64,000 nucleotides of DNA from Squalus acanthias (lineage: Eukaryota), in assembly GCA_030390025.1 (NCBI GenBank), contig CM059431.1, positions 125,366,001-125,430,000 of the forward strand, written 5' to 3'. Under the pieces are notes generated by a model. That model saw only the letters and a list, made by a program, of their open reading frames with translations. It had not been told where the DNA came from and ran no database searches. Positions 1-12,057 of this stretch are shown one piece after another; within the stretch, counting starts at the first letter, position 1; each line of letters begins with the position of its first letter. The translations under genes and the position numbers were made by a program.

Positions 1-263
1 TTAATTCAAACTGAAATCATGCAGAAATCACCACCTGTGCTATTTGATTTAAATTGCTTAATTTGAACTAATGAATAATTCAAAGTTTTTTGAGCAAAAA
101 ATGACTTCATACAGTTTTGAAAATCTTTCACAGATCTAAAAGTACAATGCCTACCCTTATGCTGCATTTACCATAACAAACAGCATGAATGCATGCAAGA
201 ATTGACTCCATTGTGTCACTACAAAGAACGTGATTCCATAAATTCATATTGAGCACATCACAT

Positions 264-888
264 CTACTCAGATAATTTAAAGTCAGCAGCAGAATCTATT
301 TTTGACCTTGGCACAATTTGTAGTTGTGGTAACGTGAAGTCACTGCTGGTCGAAAACAGGACTCCTGTCAGTCTAATTACCTCAAATCCTCCTGCTCCCA
401 CCTGTGTTATAGCTGAAGCATTTGAATGCTTTTTGTTTCGAATACTTACCAAAACTGTGGCTATCTATCTTTCAAAATAACACTAGCCTAGTTCAAAAAA
501 CATTGCATTAAAATCAATGTACAGCAGTTGTCGGATGTGAAATTTAGAAAACAAATGTTGCGTTCATTTCATTTTGTTAAATATAGGATTTTCAATTATG
601 GTAAGTACATCAAAAGTACTTCAGTTGTCATTCAGATAGAAGAGGGTGACCTGAAGCAGTTAGAAGGCAGCCAGACTGGCTGTGACCCATGTTTGTTGGC
701 CATCACTTCCATTCTTCTGCTGGTGAAACTGCTCCATCCTATAAAGGAGGCAGTTTTATCAGCAGGGAGTTGACACTGCAAATATTTCACAGCCAATTTT
801 AGATGTATTAAACCTTCACCAAGGTTGAGATCAAGTTTCTCACTGAAGCCTAATAAAGCTGCTTCAGACGAATATTTAGGTCAAAAGC
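264..888 (-). pseudogene. Dynein relic exon(s), C-terminal domain (~600-888 and 264-~462)
   Basis: EAALLGFSEKL...SFIGWSSFTSRRMEVM...QPVWLPSNCFRSPSSI* resembles KALKG...PLGSW..DLL.R..FL...P.VFW.SGFF.PQ.FL. Then VIRLTGVLF...FTLPQLQIVP resembles GVYI.GLFL...PMPVIW.KP. Confidence 0.55.
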
Positions 889-944
889 CTGATTAAGGAT
901 GATTCCACGTTTAGCAAATGTTGACAACATTTTTCTAAATTTTA

Positions 945-2161
945 AAGAAATAAAGACTTGCATTTATATAGTGTATTTCACGACCACGAGATGTCTCAAA
1001 GCGCTTTACAGCCAATGAAGTACTTTTGAAGCGGAGTCACTGTTGTAATGTGGGAAACGCGGCAGCCAATTTGCGCAGAGCAAGCTCCCACAAACAGCAA
1101 TATGATACTGACCAAATAATCTGTTTTTGTTATGTTGGTTGAGGGATAAATATTGGCTAGGATACCGGGGATAACTCCCCTGCTCTTCTTCGCCTGAGGA
1201 AGAGAGTGTTTGAAGACCAGGACCACAAACCCAGCACTAAGCTCATGGTCCACAGAGCAGCAGTGATACCTGCCCTCCTGTATTCCTCAGAGACATGGAC
1301 CATGTACAGCAGGCACCTCAAAGCACTGGAGAGGTACCACCAACGCTGCCTCCGCAAGATCCTGCAAATCCATTGGCAGGATAGGTGCACCAACGTCATT
1401 GTTCTTGCTCAGGCCAACATCCCCAGCATCGAAGCTTTGACCACGCTAGATCAGCTCCAATGGACAGGTCACATCGTCCGCATGCCCGATACGAGACTCC
1501 CAAAACAAGCGCTCTACTCGGAGCTCTGACACGGCAAGAGAGCCCCAGGTGGGCAGAGGAAACGCTTCAAGGACACCCTCAAAGCCTCCTTGAAAAAGTG
1601 CAACATCCCCACCGACACCTGGGAATCCCTGGCCCAAGACCGTACAAAGTGGAGGAGAAGCATCGGGAAGGCACCGAATACCTCGAGTCTCTTCGCCAGG
1701 AGCAAGCGGAAGCCAAGCGCAAACAGCGGAAGGAGCGCACGTCAACACAAGCACCCCACCCACCCGCCCCTTCAATCACCGTCTGCCCCACCTGTGACAG
1801 AGACTGTAGGTCCCGCATTTGACTCATCAGTCACCTGAGAACTCATTTTTAATGTGGAAGCAAGTCATCTTCGGTTCCGAGGGATTGCCTAAGAAGAAGA
1901 TTGGCTAGGATGCCGGGGATAACTCCCCTGCTCTTCTTCGAAATAGTGCCATGGGATCTTTTACGTCCACCTGAGAAAGCAGACCGGGCCTCGGTTTAAC
2001 GTCTCATCTAAAAGACGGCACCTCCGACAGTTCAACGTTCCCTCAGCACTGCACTGGAGTGTCAGCCTAGCTTTATGCTCAAGTCCCTGGAATGTGACTT
2101 GAACCCACAACCTTCTAACTCAGAGGCGAGAGTGCTACCAACTGAGCCACAGCTGACACTG
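945..2161 (-). mobile_element. tRNA-derived Deu-domain SINE (SacSINE1/AmnSINE1-like), split by an RTE insertion
   Basis: tRNA-like head TGGCTCAGTTGGTAGC...GGTTCAAGTC. Deu core GGTGCCGTC...GATGAGACGTTAAACCGAGG...AAAGATCCCATGGCAC. Ends in ATATAAATGCAAGTCTTT. Short 3' remnants also lie at ~14400-14500 and ~31050-31137. Confidence 0.8.
1193..1899 (+). mobile_element. RTE-clade LINE, 5'-truncated 3' end
   Basis: LLYSSETW...RCLRKILQIHWQD, C-terminal CPTC zinc finger, (AAG)n tail. Flanked by a 41-bp TSD (1152-1192 / 1900-1940). Confidence 0.92.
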
Positions 2162-2252
2162 TCAGGATAATAGTTCAAATTCAGACAGGTGTAGAATGAT
2201 CAAGATTAAACGGAAAATGGAATTTAAATATAGATGGTTGCTGCAAAATTCA

Positions 2253-2821
2253 TGGGGCAGGGAATTTTCATCCGGGGGGCCAAGAATTTGGGGCAGAATC
2301 TGGTTACAGCTCACTAAATTCTGGTGGCGGGGATATGCATGGGTGTTTTGCCAACCACCCTACACAAGTAGGCATATCTGGGGGCGTTCCCAGCCTTCCC
2401 CACCTTTTATGCCCTCCATGGGCCTCAGGGAAACTCATGCCTGCTGAAAGCTGGTGTGAGTCTTGCTGAGGCCCTGCAAAAAGGTCCCAAATCTTTACTA
2501 GAGGGCATCAATCACTTTCCCAAAAAGGTCTGTTTCTTACATTAGGTGCAGAAGGTATGAAGAAAGAAGCTTGTTCTGGGATGCCGCAGGTCTCTACAAT
2601 TAGAATGGTGGTGGTATGGTCCCACTCTGACATTCTCGTTGGTGTTGTAGGACAGACACTGCTGATGCACCCTTGCAGGTGCAATATGCCCACTTCAGCC
2701 ATGCAAATAGCCTATCCCCAACATTCAGGACAGGGGTCTCCAGCCTGGGGCTAGGGTGTGCCGGGGTTTTGCTCTTCCACATTTGAACTGGCGGAGTGGA
2801 ACCCCTCAGAATTCTGAGGCC
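2253..2821. mobile_element. Degenerate non-autonomous DNA element (MITE-like)
   Basis: Begins ggggcagggaattt and ends gaattctgaggcc, resembling the termini of the other MITEs here. No coding capacity. Confidence 0.4.
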
Positions 2822-2833
2822 ATTAACTTAATG

Positions 2834-3080
2834 ACCTCAATCTTATTTTTAATAAGTATTGATTAGTTAAAAGCATTAAATGGGACAGCTAATTTAACAA
2901 TTTTGTATTTAAAATAAGCTTTCTCCAAAGCACTAGGGCTAAGAGTTTTATTCAATTTGTTCAGAGCAATGTAGGTTAGATTTAAAATTAGTGGAGTCAT
3001 CTGGTTGTCAACTTGGGATCTGAATGAGTCTGCTGTTCTGTTATTAGTGTGTATTAAATAGATTTGAGGTCATCTGTGAT
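2834..3080 (-). pseudogene. Dynein relic exon, start of C-terminal domain
   Basis: Acceptor attatttccag|. LILNLTYIALNKLNKTLSPSALEKAY...VPFNAF resembles V.ELA.DILSKLP..FD.E....KY...SMNTVL. Contains a stop and a frameshift. Confidence 0.5.
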
Positions 3081-3334
3081 CTGGAAATAATCATAATTAG
3101 CCTTAATTGTTATTATCCACAGTGGGGTTTAAAAGGGATGAGATGATTGAAGTTGTTCATGTGATTTTAGAATCTTATTGAAATTTAGCAACACAATGTA
3201 CAGATTGCTCTTTCAATTGTACATTTTAATTTAAAAACTTTTAAGAAGATTATTGCATTTAATATAAAATGCATACAATTGATAATCCATGGCAAATATT
3301 TGCCAATTCAAGCAAACATGTACGATTTCACATT

Positions 3335-3530
3335 TCAACCTCTCTCTCCTCCTTTAAGATCCTCCTTAAAATCGACCTCTTTGACCAAGCTTTTGGTCAC
3401 CTGTCCTATTGTCTCCTTCTTTGGCTCAGTGTCAATTTTTGTCTGATTATGCTTCTGTGAAGCGCCTTGAGGCGTTTTACTATGTTAAAAGCACTATATA
3501 ATTATAATTGTAAGTTGCTGTCATTGTTGC
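3335..3530 (+). mobile_element. L2 LINE 3' end fragment
   Basis: Matches the 3' UTR of the L2 copy at ~41915-42100 (ctccttaaaa...tttgaccaag...gcactatata...gttgttg). Confidence 0.8.
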
Positions 3531-3865
3531 TCTTGAATTTGTGGCAAAGAATGATCAGTGGGTATGTAAGCAATGCAGTGAGGTACTGGGTCACATATAT
3601 CAGGAAGGTCGAAGGTACAATCACCAGCCAGTAATGAGTTAGCGGATCTCAACTGGCTCAGTGGCTGTGACTCTACAAGTTGTTTCAGCAACCCTGTGAG
3701 AGGTAGGGGAGTAATGAATCATTTTTCTGCTTCCTATCAGTGACACTTGCTGGAAAATGTGTATGTGATAAAACAACTTGAGGGAAGGCCCATCTCACAC
3801 CTGGAGTCTGGTCACTCGGGCAATGTACCAGAGGGCTGTCAGCTCCTGTGTGTATCCCATTCAGG

Positions 3866-4578
3866 TACATGGTACATGGTACATGGTACATACTCATGTG
3901 ACTCGGCCAACGTTGTCTACCTGATACGTTGCAGGAAAGGATGCCCCGGAGCATGGTACATCGGCGAGACCATGCAGACACTGAGACAACGTATGAACGG
4001 ACACCGCGCAACAATCGCCATGCAGGATTGTTACCTCCCAGTCGGGGAACACTTCAGCAGTCAAGGACATTCAGCCTCGGATCTGCGGGTTAGCGTTCTC
4101 CAAGGCGGCCTTCGAGACACACGACAACGCAAAATCATCGAGCAGAAACTGATAGCCAAGTTCCGCACCCATGAGGACGGCCTCAATAGGGATCTCGGGT
4201 TCATGTCACGCTACAGAACGTGACTCGACATCGTTGCCTGTCTTTCCAGTTTTTTAAAAAAAACACCAAAACCGCCCCCCAAAAAACCAACCCCCCCCCC
4301 AAAAAAAAGGTTAAAAACTCAACTGCAGACGGCAGGATTTGACACGTTGGACCCCCTGTGACCCATCTCATTGTCTTGGCTGTGCTCTGGTGTGTCTTTG
4401 ATGTAATGCCTCCCTGAAAGATTGTATCTCTGCAGAAAAATTGCTTTCTGTGTTTATATACTGTGTAATAGATTCCCTCATTGTACCTTTACCTGACGAA
4501 GGGGCAACAGCTTCGAAAGCTCGTAATTTTAAATAAAACTGTTGGACTATAACCTGGTGTTGTGCGACTTCTCATTTT
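3866..4578 (+). mobile_element. Penelope-like element 3' fragment (GIY-YIG endonuclease and terminal repeat)
   Basis: SCDSANVVYLIRC..C..WYIGET..TLRQRMNGH...VGEHF...GLN is a GIY-YIG domain. Flanked by a 13-bp TSD tatcccattcagg (3853-3865 / 4579-4591). Confidence 0.93.
4489..4526 (+). ncRNA. Minimal type I hammerhead ribozyme of the Penelope element
   Basis: UUAC-CUGACGA-A-GGGGC(AACA)GCUUC-GAAA-GC-UC-GUAA contains the core boxes, stem I, stem II and the palindromic AGCU stem III. Confidence 0.8.
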
Positions 4579-4749
4579 TATCCCATTCAGGACAAGGAGA
4601 AAAATATTTTTTGTACCAAGGGGTATTCCATGGCCAGACTTAACAGATTCTGTCAGAAACAGTTCGAATTCAGTGAGAAGAAAATTTGGGGAGTGAATTT
4701 CCTCGGGCCTTCTCCTGCTCCACTGTCATAACTTTGATGGAAACACTGG

Positions 4750-4935
4750 AGTAGATTTTCAGCTTCCTGCCCGGACATAAAACTGACACTGTGGATGGAT
4801 TGCTCATTATAAATAACTTCCCGATTTTAAACTCCATTGAAATCAGTGGAAATTAAAATCAGCCCTTCTCTATAATAGGTGAACAGTCAGCTTTGTCAGT
4901 TTTATGCCTGGGCAGCAAGCTGAAAATCTATCGCC
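4750..4935. mobile_element. Palindromic hairpin MITE
   Basis: Arms tagattttcagctt / aagctgaaaatcta around a centre ccattgaaatcagtgg. Same architecture as 33144-33326. Confidence 0.65.
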
Positions 4936-4959
4936 CTATTTTTGCATGTGAAAGGTGTT

Positions 4960-5681
4960 CTATAGAAACATGGGGTCAAAGTACAGAAATCACTAAAAGC
5001 TAGTGGACAGGTGCAAAAAATAATTTAAAAGGCTGATGGAATGTTGGTGTTTATCTTAAGGGGGCTGGAATACAAAGGGTGGAAGTTATGTTACAGTTAT
5101 ATAAAGCTCTGGTTAGACCCCATTTAGAGTACTGTGTTTAGTCCTGGGCACCACACCTCAGGAAGGATATATTGGCCTTGGAGTGGGTGCAGTGCAGATT
5201 CACCAGAATGGTACCGGGGCTAAAATGATAAATTATAAGGACAGGTTGCATAGACTAGGATTATATTCCCTTGTGTATAGAAGATTAAGGGATGATCTAA
5301 TTAAGGTAGTTAAAATGATTAAAGATGATTAAAGGATTTGATAGGGTACATCGAGAGAAACTATTTCCTCAGTGGGGGAGTTCAGAACAAGGGGACACAA
5401 CCTTAAAATTAGAGCTAGGCCATTTGGAGGTGATGTCAGGAAGCACTTCTTCACGCAAAGATTAGTGGAAATCTGGAATTATCTCTCCCCAAAAAGCTGT
5501 TGAGGCTAGGTCAATTGAAAATTTCAAAACTGCGATTGATAGATTTCTGTTAGGCAAGGGTATTAAGGGATATGGAACCAAGGCGGGTAGATAAAGTTAT
5601 GATACAGGTCAGTCATGTTCTAAATGAATGGCAGAACAGGCTCGAAGGGCTAAGTGGCCTACTCCTGTTCCTATGTTCCTA
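4960..5681 (+). mobile_element. CR1 LINE 3' fragment (degenerate)
   Basis: [17 protein letters not shown] sequence, CR1 3' hairpin ggcctactcctgttcc and (ttcctatg) tail. Confidence 0.85.
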
Positions 5682-5744
5682 GTTGGCATAGATAGTTGGC
5701 ACTAACCGTATGATGGTACCTGCAGAAACTGCTGATATATTATA

Positions 5745-8110
5745 GAGTTACATACGATATACAGCACAGAAACAGGCCATTCAGCCCAACCAATCCATGC
5801 CTGTGTTTATACTCCACTCGAGCCTCCTCCCATCCTTCCTCATCTAACACTATCAGCATAACCCTCTATTCCCTTCTCCCTCATATGCTTTCCCTTAAAT
5901 GCATCTAGACTATTCGCCTCAATTACTCCCTGTGGTAGTGAGTTCCATATTCTCACCACTCTCTGGATAAAGAAGTTTCTTCTGAATTCCCGATTTGATT
6001 TCTTGGTGACTATCTTATATTGATGGCCTCTAGTTTTGCTCTTCCACACAAGTGGAATCACACTCTCTGTGTCTTCTCTATCAAAACCTTTCATAATTTT
6101 AAAGACCTCTATTAGGTCACCCCCCCCTCAGCCTTCTCGTTTCAATAGAAAAGACACCCAGCCTGTTCATCCCTTTCCTGATAGGTATAACTTTGCAGCT
6201 TTGGTATCATTCTTGTAAATCATTTTGCACCCTCTCCAGTGCCTCTATAGCCTTTTTATACTATGGCGACCAAAACTGTACACAGTATTCCAAGTGTGGT
6301 CTAACCAAGGTTCGATACAAGTTTAGCATAACTTCTATACTTTTCAATTCTATCCCTCCTAGAAATAAACCTTGGTGCTTGGTTTGCTTTTCTTATGGCC
6401 TTATTAACCTGCATCACTACTTTTAATGATTTGTGTATTTCTACTCCCAGATTTGCTGACGATACAAGGATAGGTGGGAAAGCAAGTTGTGAGGAGTACA
6501 CAGAGAGTCTGCAAAGGGATATAGATAGGTTAAGTGAGTGGGCAAAAATTTGGCAGATGGAGTATAATGTGATAAAATGTGAGGTTATCCACTTTGGTAG
6601 GAAGATTAAAAAAGCAAATTATTATTTAAATGGAGAGAGACTACAGAATGCTACGGTACAGAGGGATCTGGGTGTCCTCGTACATGAAACACAAAAAGTT
6701 AGCATGCAGCTACAGCAAGTAATTAGGAAGGCAAATGGAATATTGGCCTTTATTGCAAGGAGGATGGAATATAAAAGTAGGGAAGTCCTGTTACAACTGT
6801 AAAGGGCGTTGGTGAGATCACACTTGGAATACTGCGTACAGTTTTGGTCTCCTTATTTAAGGAAGGATATACTTGCATTGGAGGCAGTTCAGAGAAGGTT
6901 CACTAGGTTGATTCCTGAGTTGAAGGGGTTGTCTTATGAGGAAAGGTTGAGCAGGTTGGGCCTATACACATTGGAGTTTAGAACAATGAGAGGTGATCTT
7001 ATTGAAACATATAAGATTCTGAGGGGGCTTGACAGGGTAGATGCAGGGAGGATGTTTCCCCTCGTTGGGGAATCTAGAACTGGGGGGCATAGTCTCAGAA
7101 TAAAGGGTCTCCCATTTAAAATGGAGATGAGAAGGAATTTCTTCTCTCGGAGGGTCATGAATCTTTGGAATTCCCTACCCCAGAAAGCTGTAGAGGCTGA
7201 GTCATTGAATATATTCAAGGCGGAGATAGACAGATTTTTGAAAAACAGGGGAATCAAGGGTTATGAGGAGTGGGCAGGAAAGTAGAGTTGAGGCCAAGAT
7301 CAGATCAGTCATGATCTTATTGAATGGCGGAGCAGGCTCTAGGGGCTGAATGGCCTACTCCTGCTCTTATATTCTTATGTTCTTATCACTTTGCTCCTCT
7401 ACCCCATTTAGATTCTTATTTTCCAAGTAATATGTGACCTCCTTATTTTTCTTACCAAAATGTAATACTTCAAACTTATCTATGTTGAATTTCATTTGCC
7501 AATTTTATGCCCATTCTGCAAGTTTCTTAATATCTTCTTGTAATTTGTTGCAGACTATTCCTCCCCCCTCCCCAATTTGCAAATTTAGAAATTGTGCTTT
7601 TGATTCCAAAGTCTAAATCATTAATATAAATTGTGACCAAAAATATAATAATGAATAGTCAGCATGGATTTCAAAAGTGTCTTGCTTGACCAACCTCAGT
7701 GAATTATTTGAAGATGTACCAGAGAGAGTAGACAAGGTTAATGTAGTCGATGTAATATATCTAGATTTGCAAAAGGCCTTCGATAAAGTACAACATAATG
7801 GACTAATGAATAAGGTCAGAGCATGTGGAGTCAGGGGACAAGTAACAGAATGGATAGTTAGCAGTACAGCAACTATCCCAGCACTGATCCTTGTGGGACC
7901 CCACTTCCCAACTTCTGCCACTCTGAATAGCTACCCTTTACCCCTAGTCTTGCAGCCAGCTAACTATCCATTCTGTTACTTGTCCCTTTACTTTGTAAAC
8001 TTGTCTATCTTCTCTGTTACATCTTCAAAGAATTCACTGAGGTTGGTCAAACAAGACCCTTTTGAAATCCATGCTGACTATTCATTATTATATTTTTGGT
8101 TTCTAGATGT
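5745..8110 (-). mobile_element. Rearranged CR1 LINE, split by a plus-strand CR1 and containing an inverted segment
   Basis: RRNFFIQRVVRIWNSLP at 5840-6094. Minus-strand CR1 resumes at ~7387. An RT segment (SCLTNL..VDVIYLDLQKAFDKV) lies on + at ~7636-7860. Confidence 0.75.
6450..7386 (+). mobile_element. CR1 LINE 3' part
   Basis: FADDT...[33 protein letters not shown] with one TAA stop, and (ttcttatg) tail. Confidence 0.93.
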
Positions 8111-8199
8111 TTATTTATATACACTATGTATATTAAAAATATTACCTGAAATAGGGTAAAGAAAACATTATTTATAATCCAGGAATAATCAAAAACACT

Positions 8200-9830
8200 T
8201 GCTGCAGTGTCTTTGAGGCCGTTGCTGGCCCATTAGCTCCAGCCGAGACCACTCAAATTCGACCCCACAGAGTACTTCAGGATGCCAATGGTATGATTGA
8301 TAATAATTCTGCTTCGAACTTGACCTTCGTTATAACTGTGCTTTGTTCCTGTGATGGGTGTCATGAGGCATGATTGTATAAGCCATTCTTGATATTCCTG
8401 TGGCCATCCTGCCACTCTTTATTTCTCTTCAAAAAATAGTGGCACAGATGATAGCCTTAAAATGAAGGTTTTGTGAGTTTCTGGGGAAGCAAGCATTGTT
8501 CTGCATGATTTTGTTCAACTGGCCACGTACCATATCCACACTGAGATTAAAAAATTACCGTTTGTGTTATATTGGGAATATGATTGTGTAGATAGGCCTG
8601 AATGGTAACAGACCCTCCAATGTTCCAGTTCTTGGTCAACGATGAAAGTAGTGAAGTCAATAGTGAAGTCAACTGTCCTGCATCTGTGACCTCCTTGACA
8701 CATCTAAGGTCAGCAAACTGGTTGATAGTGCAGATGTAACCAGTTCTGGTCCCAAAGGATCCTGATGCATAAATCTTGAAAGCCATGTTGATTTTGCTGC
8801 CACTGGCAGTACCTTAGATATATTGGCCGTGAATTTCTGATCGGAGGCTTCCTGCGGGCGGATGCCTCCGATCGGAAAAAAATCTACGAACTTACCTGCT
8901 GGTTCCGTAGATACCGAGGTTTGCAATCCTGGGCCTCTCATCTTCGAAATCCACAGAGGCCCACATATCCCAAGGGCACGTGTGGTTTGCAAGCGCCCCT
9001 GGGATCACGTGGGCCAGGCAAACCAATGGAAGAAGGGAATCTCCCTTCATACTTTTGACAGTTCCATACGCACAGAACTGACAAGAGTATGAATGGGAAT
9101 GACTGCAAAAATGCACCAACACACTGAAATAAATAAAGAAAAACCATTACATATATAAAATTAATTAAAATGCCATTTAATTAAATATTTTAAACAAAAA
9201 TTTAATTTTTTGCAAAATAAATTTAAATGTTTTAAAGGGGCTAAACATAACCTTACCTTATTGCACAAGTTTTTTAATGTTTAAATGATTGCAATGTAAT
9301 TTTTTTTAAATTTTAAACGCTTATGCTGGTAAAAGCAGGCCTTACGCCAGCTTTTACCAGGCGTAAGAATTTGACAGGCATTCAGCGGGTGGAAGTTGTG
9401 CAAAAACTCTCCACCCACAGAGGCCCATCTCCTGGGGTTGCGTGAGATCTGTCAAGAGATTCTTGACAGATTGCAAGTGCCAGGTTTTAGCACATGCGCT
9501 TTGCATGCCTAAACCCAGAACTTGTGGGGCCCCTACGGGACCGTACACACCTCGCACACACCCGTAGGGGTCGCAAAATTCGGCCCATTATGTTGTATGG
9601 AGGAGCTGACACAGCTCAGTCCATGCCTCCCTACTAAATGCCAGCTTCCTTGAGCAATCTCTTCAGTCATTACCAGGTAGCTGTGCCCGGCATGGAAGAC
9701 CCACTGTCCAGTGGAGTGGCACGACTTGTGGTACGCTTACTTGCCATCTGACAGAGCAGCTCTTTCCCGCCTTTGTTGATCCTCTTCTGCCAACTCCAGC
9801 ACTAATAGATCATGGAATGCAGTCCATGTA
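8200..9830 (-). mobile_element. Old PIF/Harbinger transposase relic, split by a MITE
   Basis: LPVAAK..., YASGSF...CVKEVTDA and LMTP...YN...IINHTIGILK are HARBI1-like motifs. Boundaries approximate. Confidence 0.7.
8825..9586. mobile_element. Harbinger-type MITE
   Basis: Imperfect TIRs ggccgtgaatttc / aaaattcggccc, TSD ATT on both sides, AT-rich centre. Confidence 0.8.
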
Positions 9831-10359
9831 GTAACCAAAAACTTAGAATACGGGAAAAAATTGAAACTACTCGTTTTTAAGTAAAAGCTTTATTGATGCG
9901 CTGGTGCACAATATGGGTGAACCCCCTTTAAATACTCAATATGACCCCTTAATTGCTTCATTGCATGATTTGAACACATTAACGTTCACATTTCATTTTT
10001 GCATTCTGACAATTTCCTTAGGAGGTGTGTGGCAAGCGAGCACTGTATTACACTTCTTGCACTGCTGGCCCCCATCATTCAATTGCCACTAATGTAAAGC
10101 TTTACGCAGACAGCACTTTCTAGGTCATAGAGTGATTTCAATGGCGCATTGCAGTATCGCTAACAACTTCCACCATTTGACTGTCAATCTTAGCTTAGCT
10201 GAAACCACTTTATAAAAACTTCTATCTCAGTTTCACCCAAGCTGAGGAACACACACAACAATAACAATAATAATAGTGCCATTTTGACACTTGCTAAATT
10301 AGATTCAGTGGAACCTTGTGAAATTTCCATGGTGGGCTAAGCTGTAGCCTTAATTACAA

Positions 10360-10740
10360 GGGATCAGATACACTGACCTTTCCCTTCACTAATACAGCTG
10401 ATACCTAACACACATTTAGACGCACAGGATGTTCGGATGTTAGATAAATCAGTTGCTGGAATTCGTGGCATAGAACTGGAGTGCAGCAGTAAGCTTGACA
10501 GCCATCAACAATGCATGTTTTCTGACTTTGACTGATTCCAGAGTGCTCCTCAACTCTTCACATTAATTAAGAGTTTTCAGTTAAGGCAATCTCTATGCAA
10601 AATCTATCTTGGACCCTGTCAGGCCTGCAGCATATAGGGCAAGCACCAGTCTCCACCATTCTGCTTCTTTTGTCTAGCTGCTGTATTTCTTCTCAGAGGA
10701 TGTCAAGTTCTGGGAGATCCTTCTCTACAGTGGTACCTGA
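10360..10740 (-). mobile_element. Very old Harbinger transposase N-terminal relic
   Basis: CEELRSTLE...HALLMAVKLTAALQFYA resembles ALPVAVKVTAALNFYASG. Confidence 0.6.
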
Positions 10741-11279
10741 TTTAAATTTAACAGTTGCCTCGCGGGTTTACCAGGGCTCGGGAAACCCAGCAGTTAAAGG
10801 AAGGCGGGAGCTGCCAACTCAAGAAGGTAAGTGCCTTTTCCAACACTCCTTGTGGACCAGGAGGAGCAGGAGTGCTGCCGCCGACCCCTCAAGGAAGCCT
10901 TTGGCCTCCGCTCTGCCGATCACGGCCTCTCTCTCCCCCCTGCTGTGATCACAGACCTCCTCCCATTCCTCCTCCCCCACCACCAGGCACCAATCTCCGG
11001 CTTTCCCCCCTCCTGAATGCCTTTCCATCCCCCCCCAAACCCCAATCTCTGGCCTTTCCTTCCTCCAGATTGCATTCCCCCTCGCCCCTGCCCCCCGATT
11101 GCCAGGGACCATCCTCAAGGAAGGTGAAGACCTCCTGCCACTGGTTTTCCCTACCGGCCACCGGCCAGCCTGTCAATTTGGCTGGCTGCTGGATGGGAAA
11201 CGGAACTAACTTCAGGAGAACCTCCGGCCTCAACGTGCTCTCTGGCTGTTTTCACCCTCCTCATAAATATCGGGGCCAT

Positions 11280-11575
11280 TTTTGCTGTGTTAAAATTTTT
11301 GTCACTGTAGCTATTGCCTTTAGCCAAGTTTCAGAGCCATGCAGTAGTTGAATAAGGAGCTCGATTGTATTGTTTTGAGGGTTGGTTTAGTATTTTACCG
11401 ATTTCTTATAGTTTGTTAAAATCTGCTTTACCAATTCTACCTAATAATTCTCTTCCTATATTAGCAATATATGGATTGTCTTCTGCGATTGGTGAAGTGG
11501 TGTTCTTTCTTGATGTTAACATTGTAGTCATTTGCTACAACTGTAATGATCTTTGTTTTCTTCTTAAAGATCGTT
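11280..11575 (-). mobile_element. Ancient RTE LINE relic
   Basis: RIGKA..FNKL and LLHGSETW. The related RT relic at ~14090-14390 is probably from the same family. Confidence 0.55.
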
Positions 11576-11579
11576 AGTA

Positions 11580-11931
11580 CAGCTTGTTGCCCAATGTGAT
11601 TTATCATGTGGTAAATTTTACAATTTAGCATTCCCAATGCAGAGTTTTGTGTCATGGGAGTGTTTATCAGTAAGTAGATTGCAGAGGTCAGCATTTTAAT
11701 GGACAGAAAATTATGTTGAGTGAACGGACCTCCAAACCAAACTATTGATATGTGTTCGCATCGCACAGAGCTCTGAGCTGGGACCACTAACTTGAAGACT
11801 TTAACCCACTATCTTTTTATTTTGTATCTCTTCAATTGTGCTGCATCATTTACAAAAATCTGGATGTCCTGTTGATTCCATCCAAGTCCAATGATCTCCT
11901 CTTTCCTCTCAAAGATTATCAGACATACTGT
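11580..11931 (-). pseudogene. Dynein relic exon, AAA6 lid
   Basis: Strong acceptor ttttttcttcactcctgctatttatacag|. LIIFERKEEIIGLGWNQ resembles A.VQERRKFGPLGWN. After a frameshift, VPAQSSVRCEHISIVWFGGPFT resembles VPW.ALRYL.GE.NYGGRVT. Lower boundary approximate. Confidence 0.65.
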
Positions 11932-12057
11932 CTGTATAAATAGCAGGAGTGAAGAAAAAACAAGGACCAATCTTAATTTTCAATTACTCCATTGTTCTAT
12001 CCTGGAACTGAACACACTAGACCATAGAACCAGCCCTAACTTTCCCTTCCAACACAT

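Noticed and set aside
2085..2161. tRNA gene
   Set aside because: It is the tRNA-derived head of a SINE, continuous with the Deu domain, with no full cloverleaf evident. The same applies to ~54515-55500.
8110..8160. Recursive splice site (tttcag|gtaat on -) or a small dynein exon (NIFNIHSVY)
   Set aside because: Too short, and truncated by a CR1, so it cannot be distinguished from chance.
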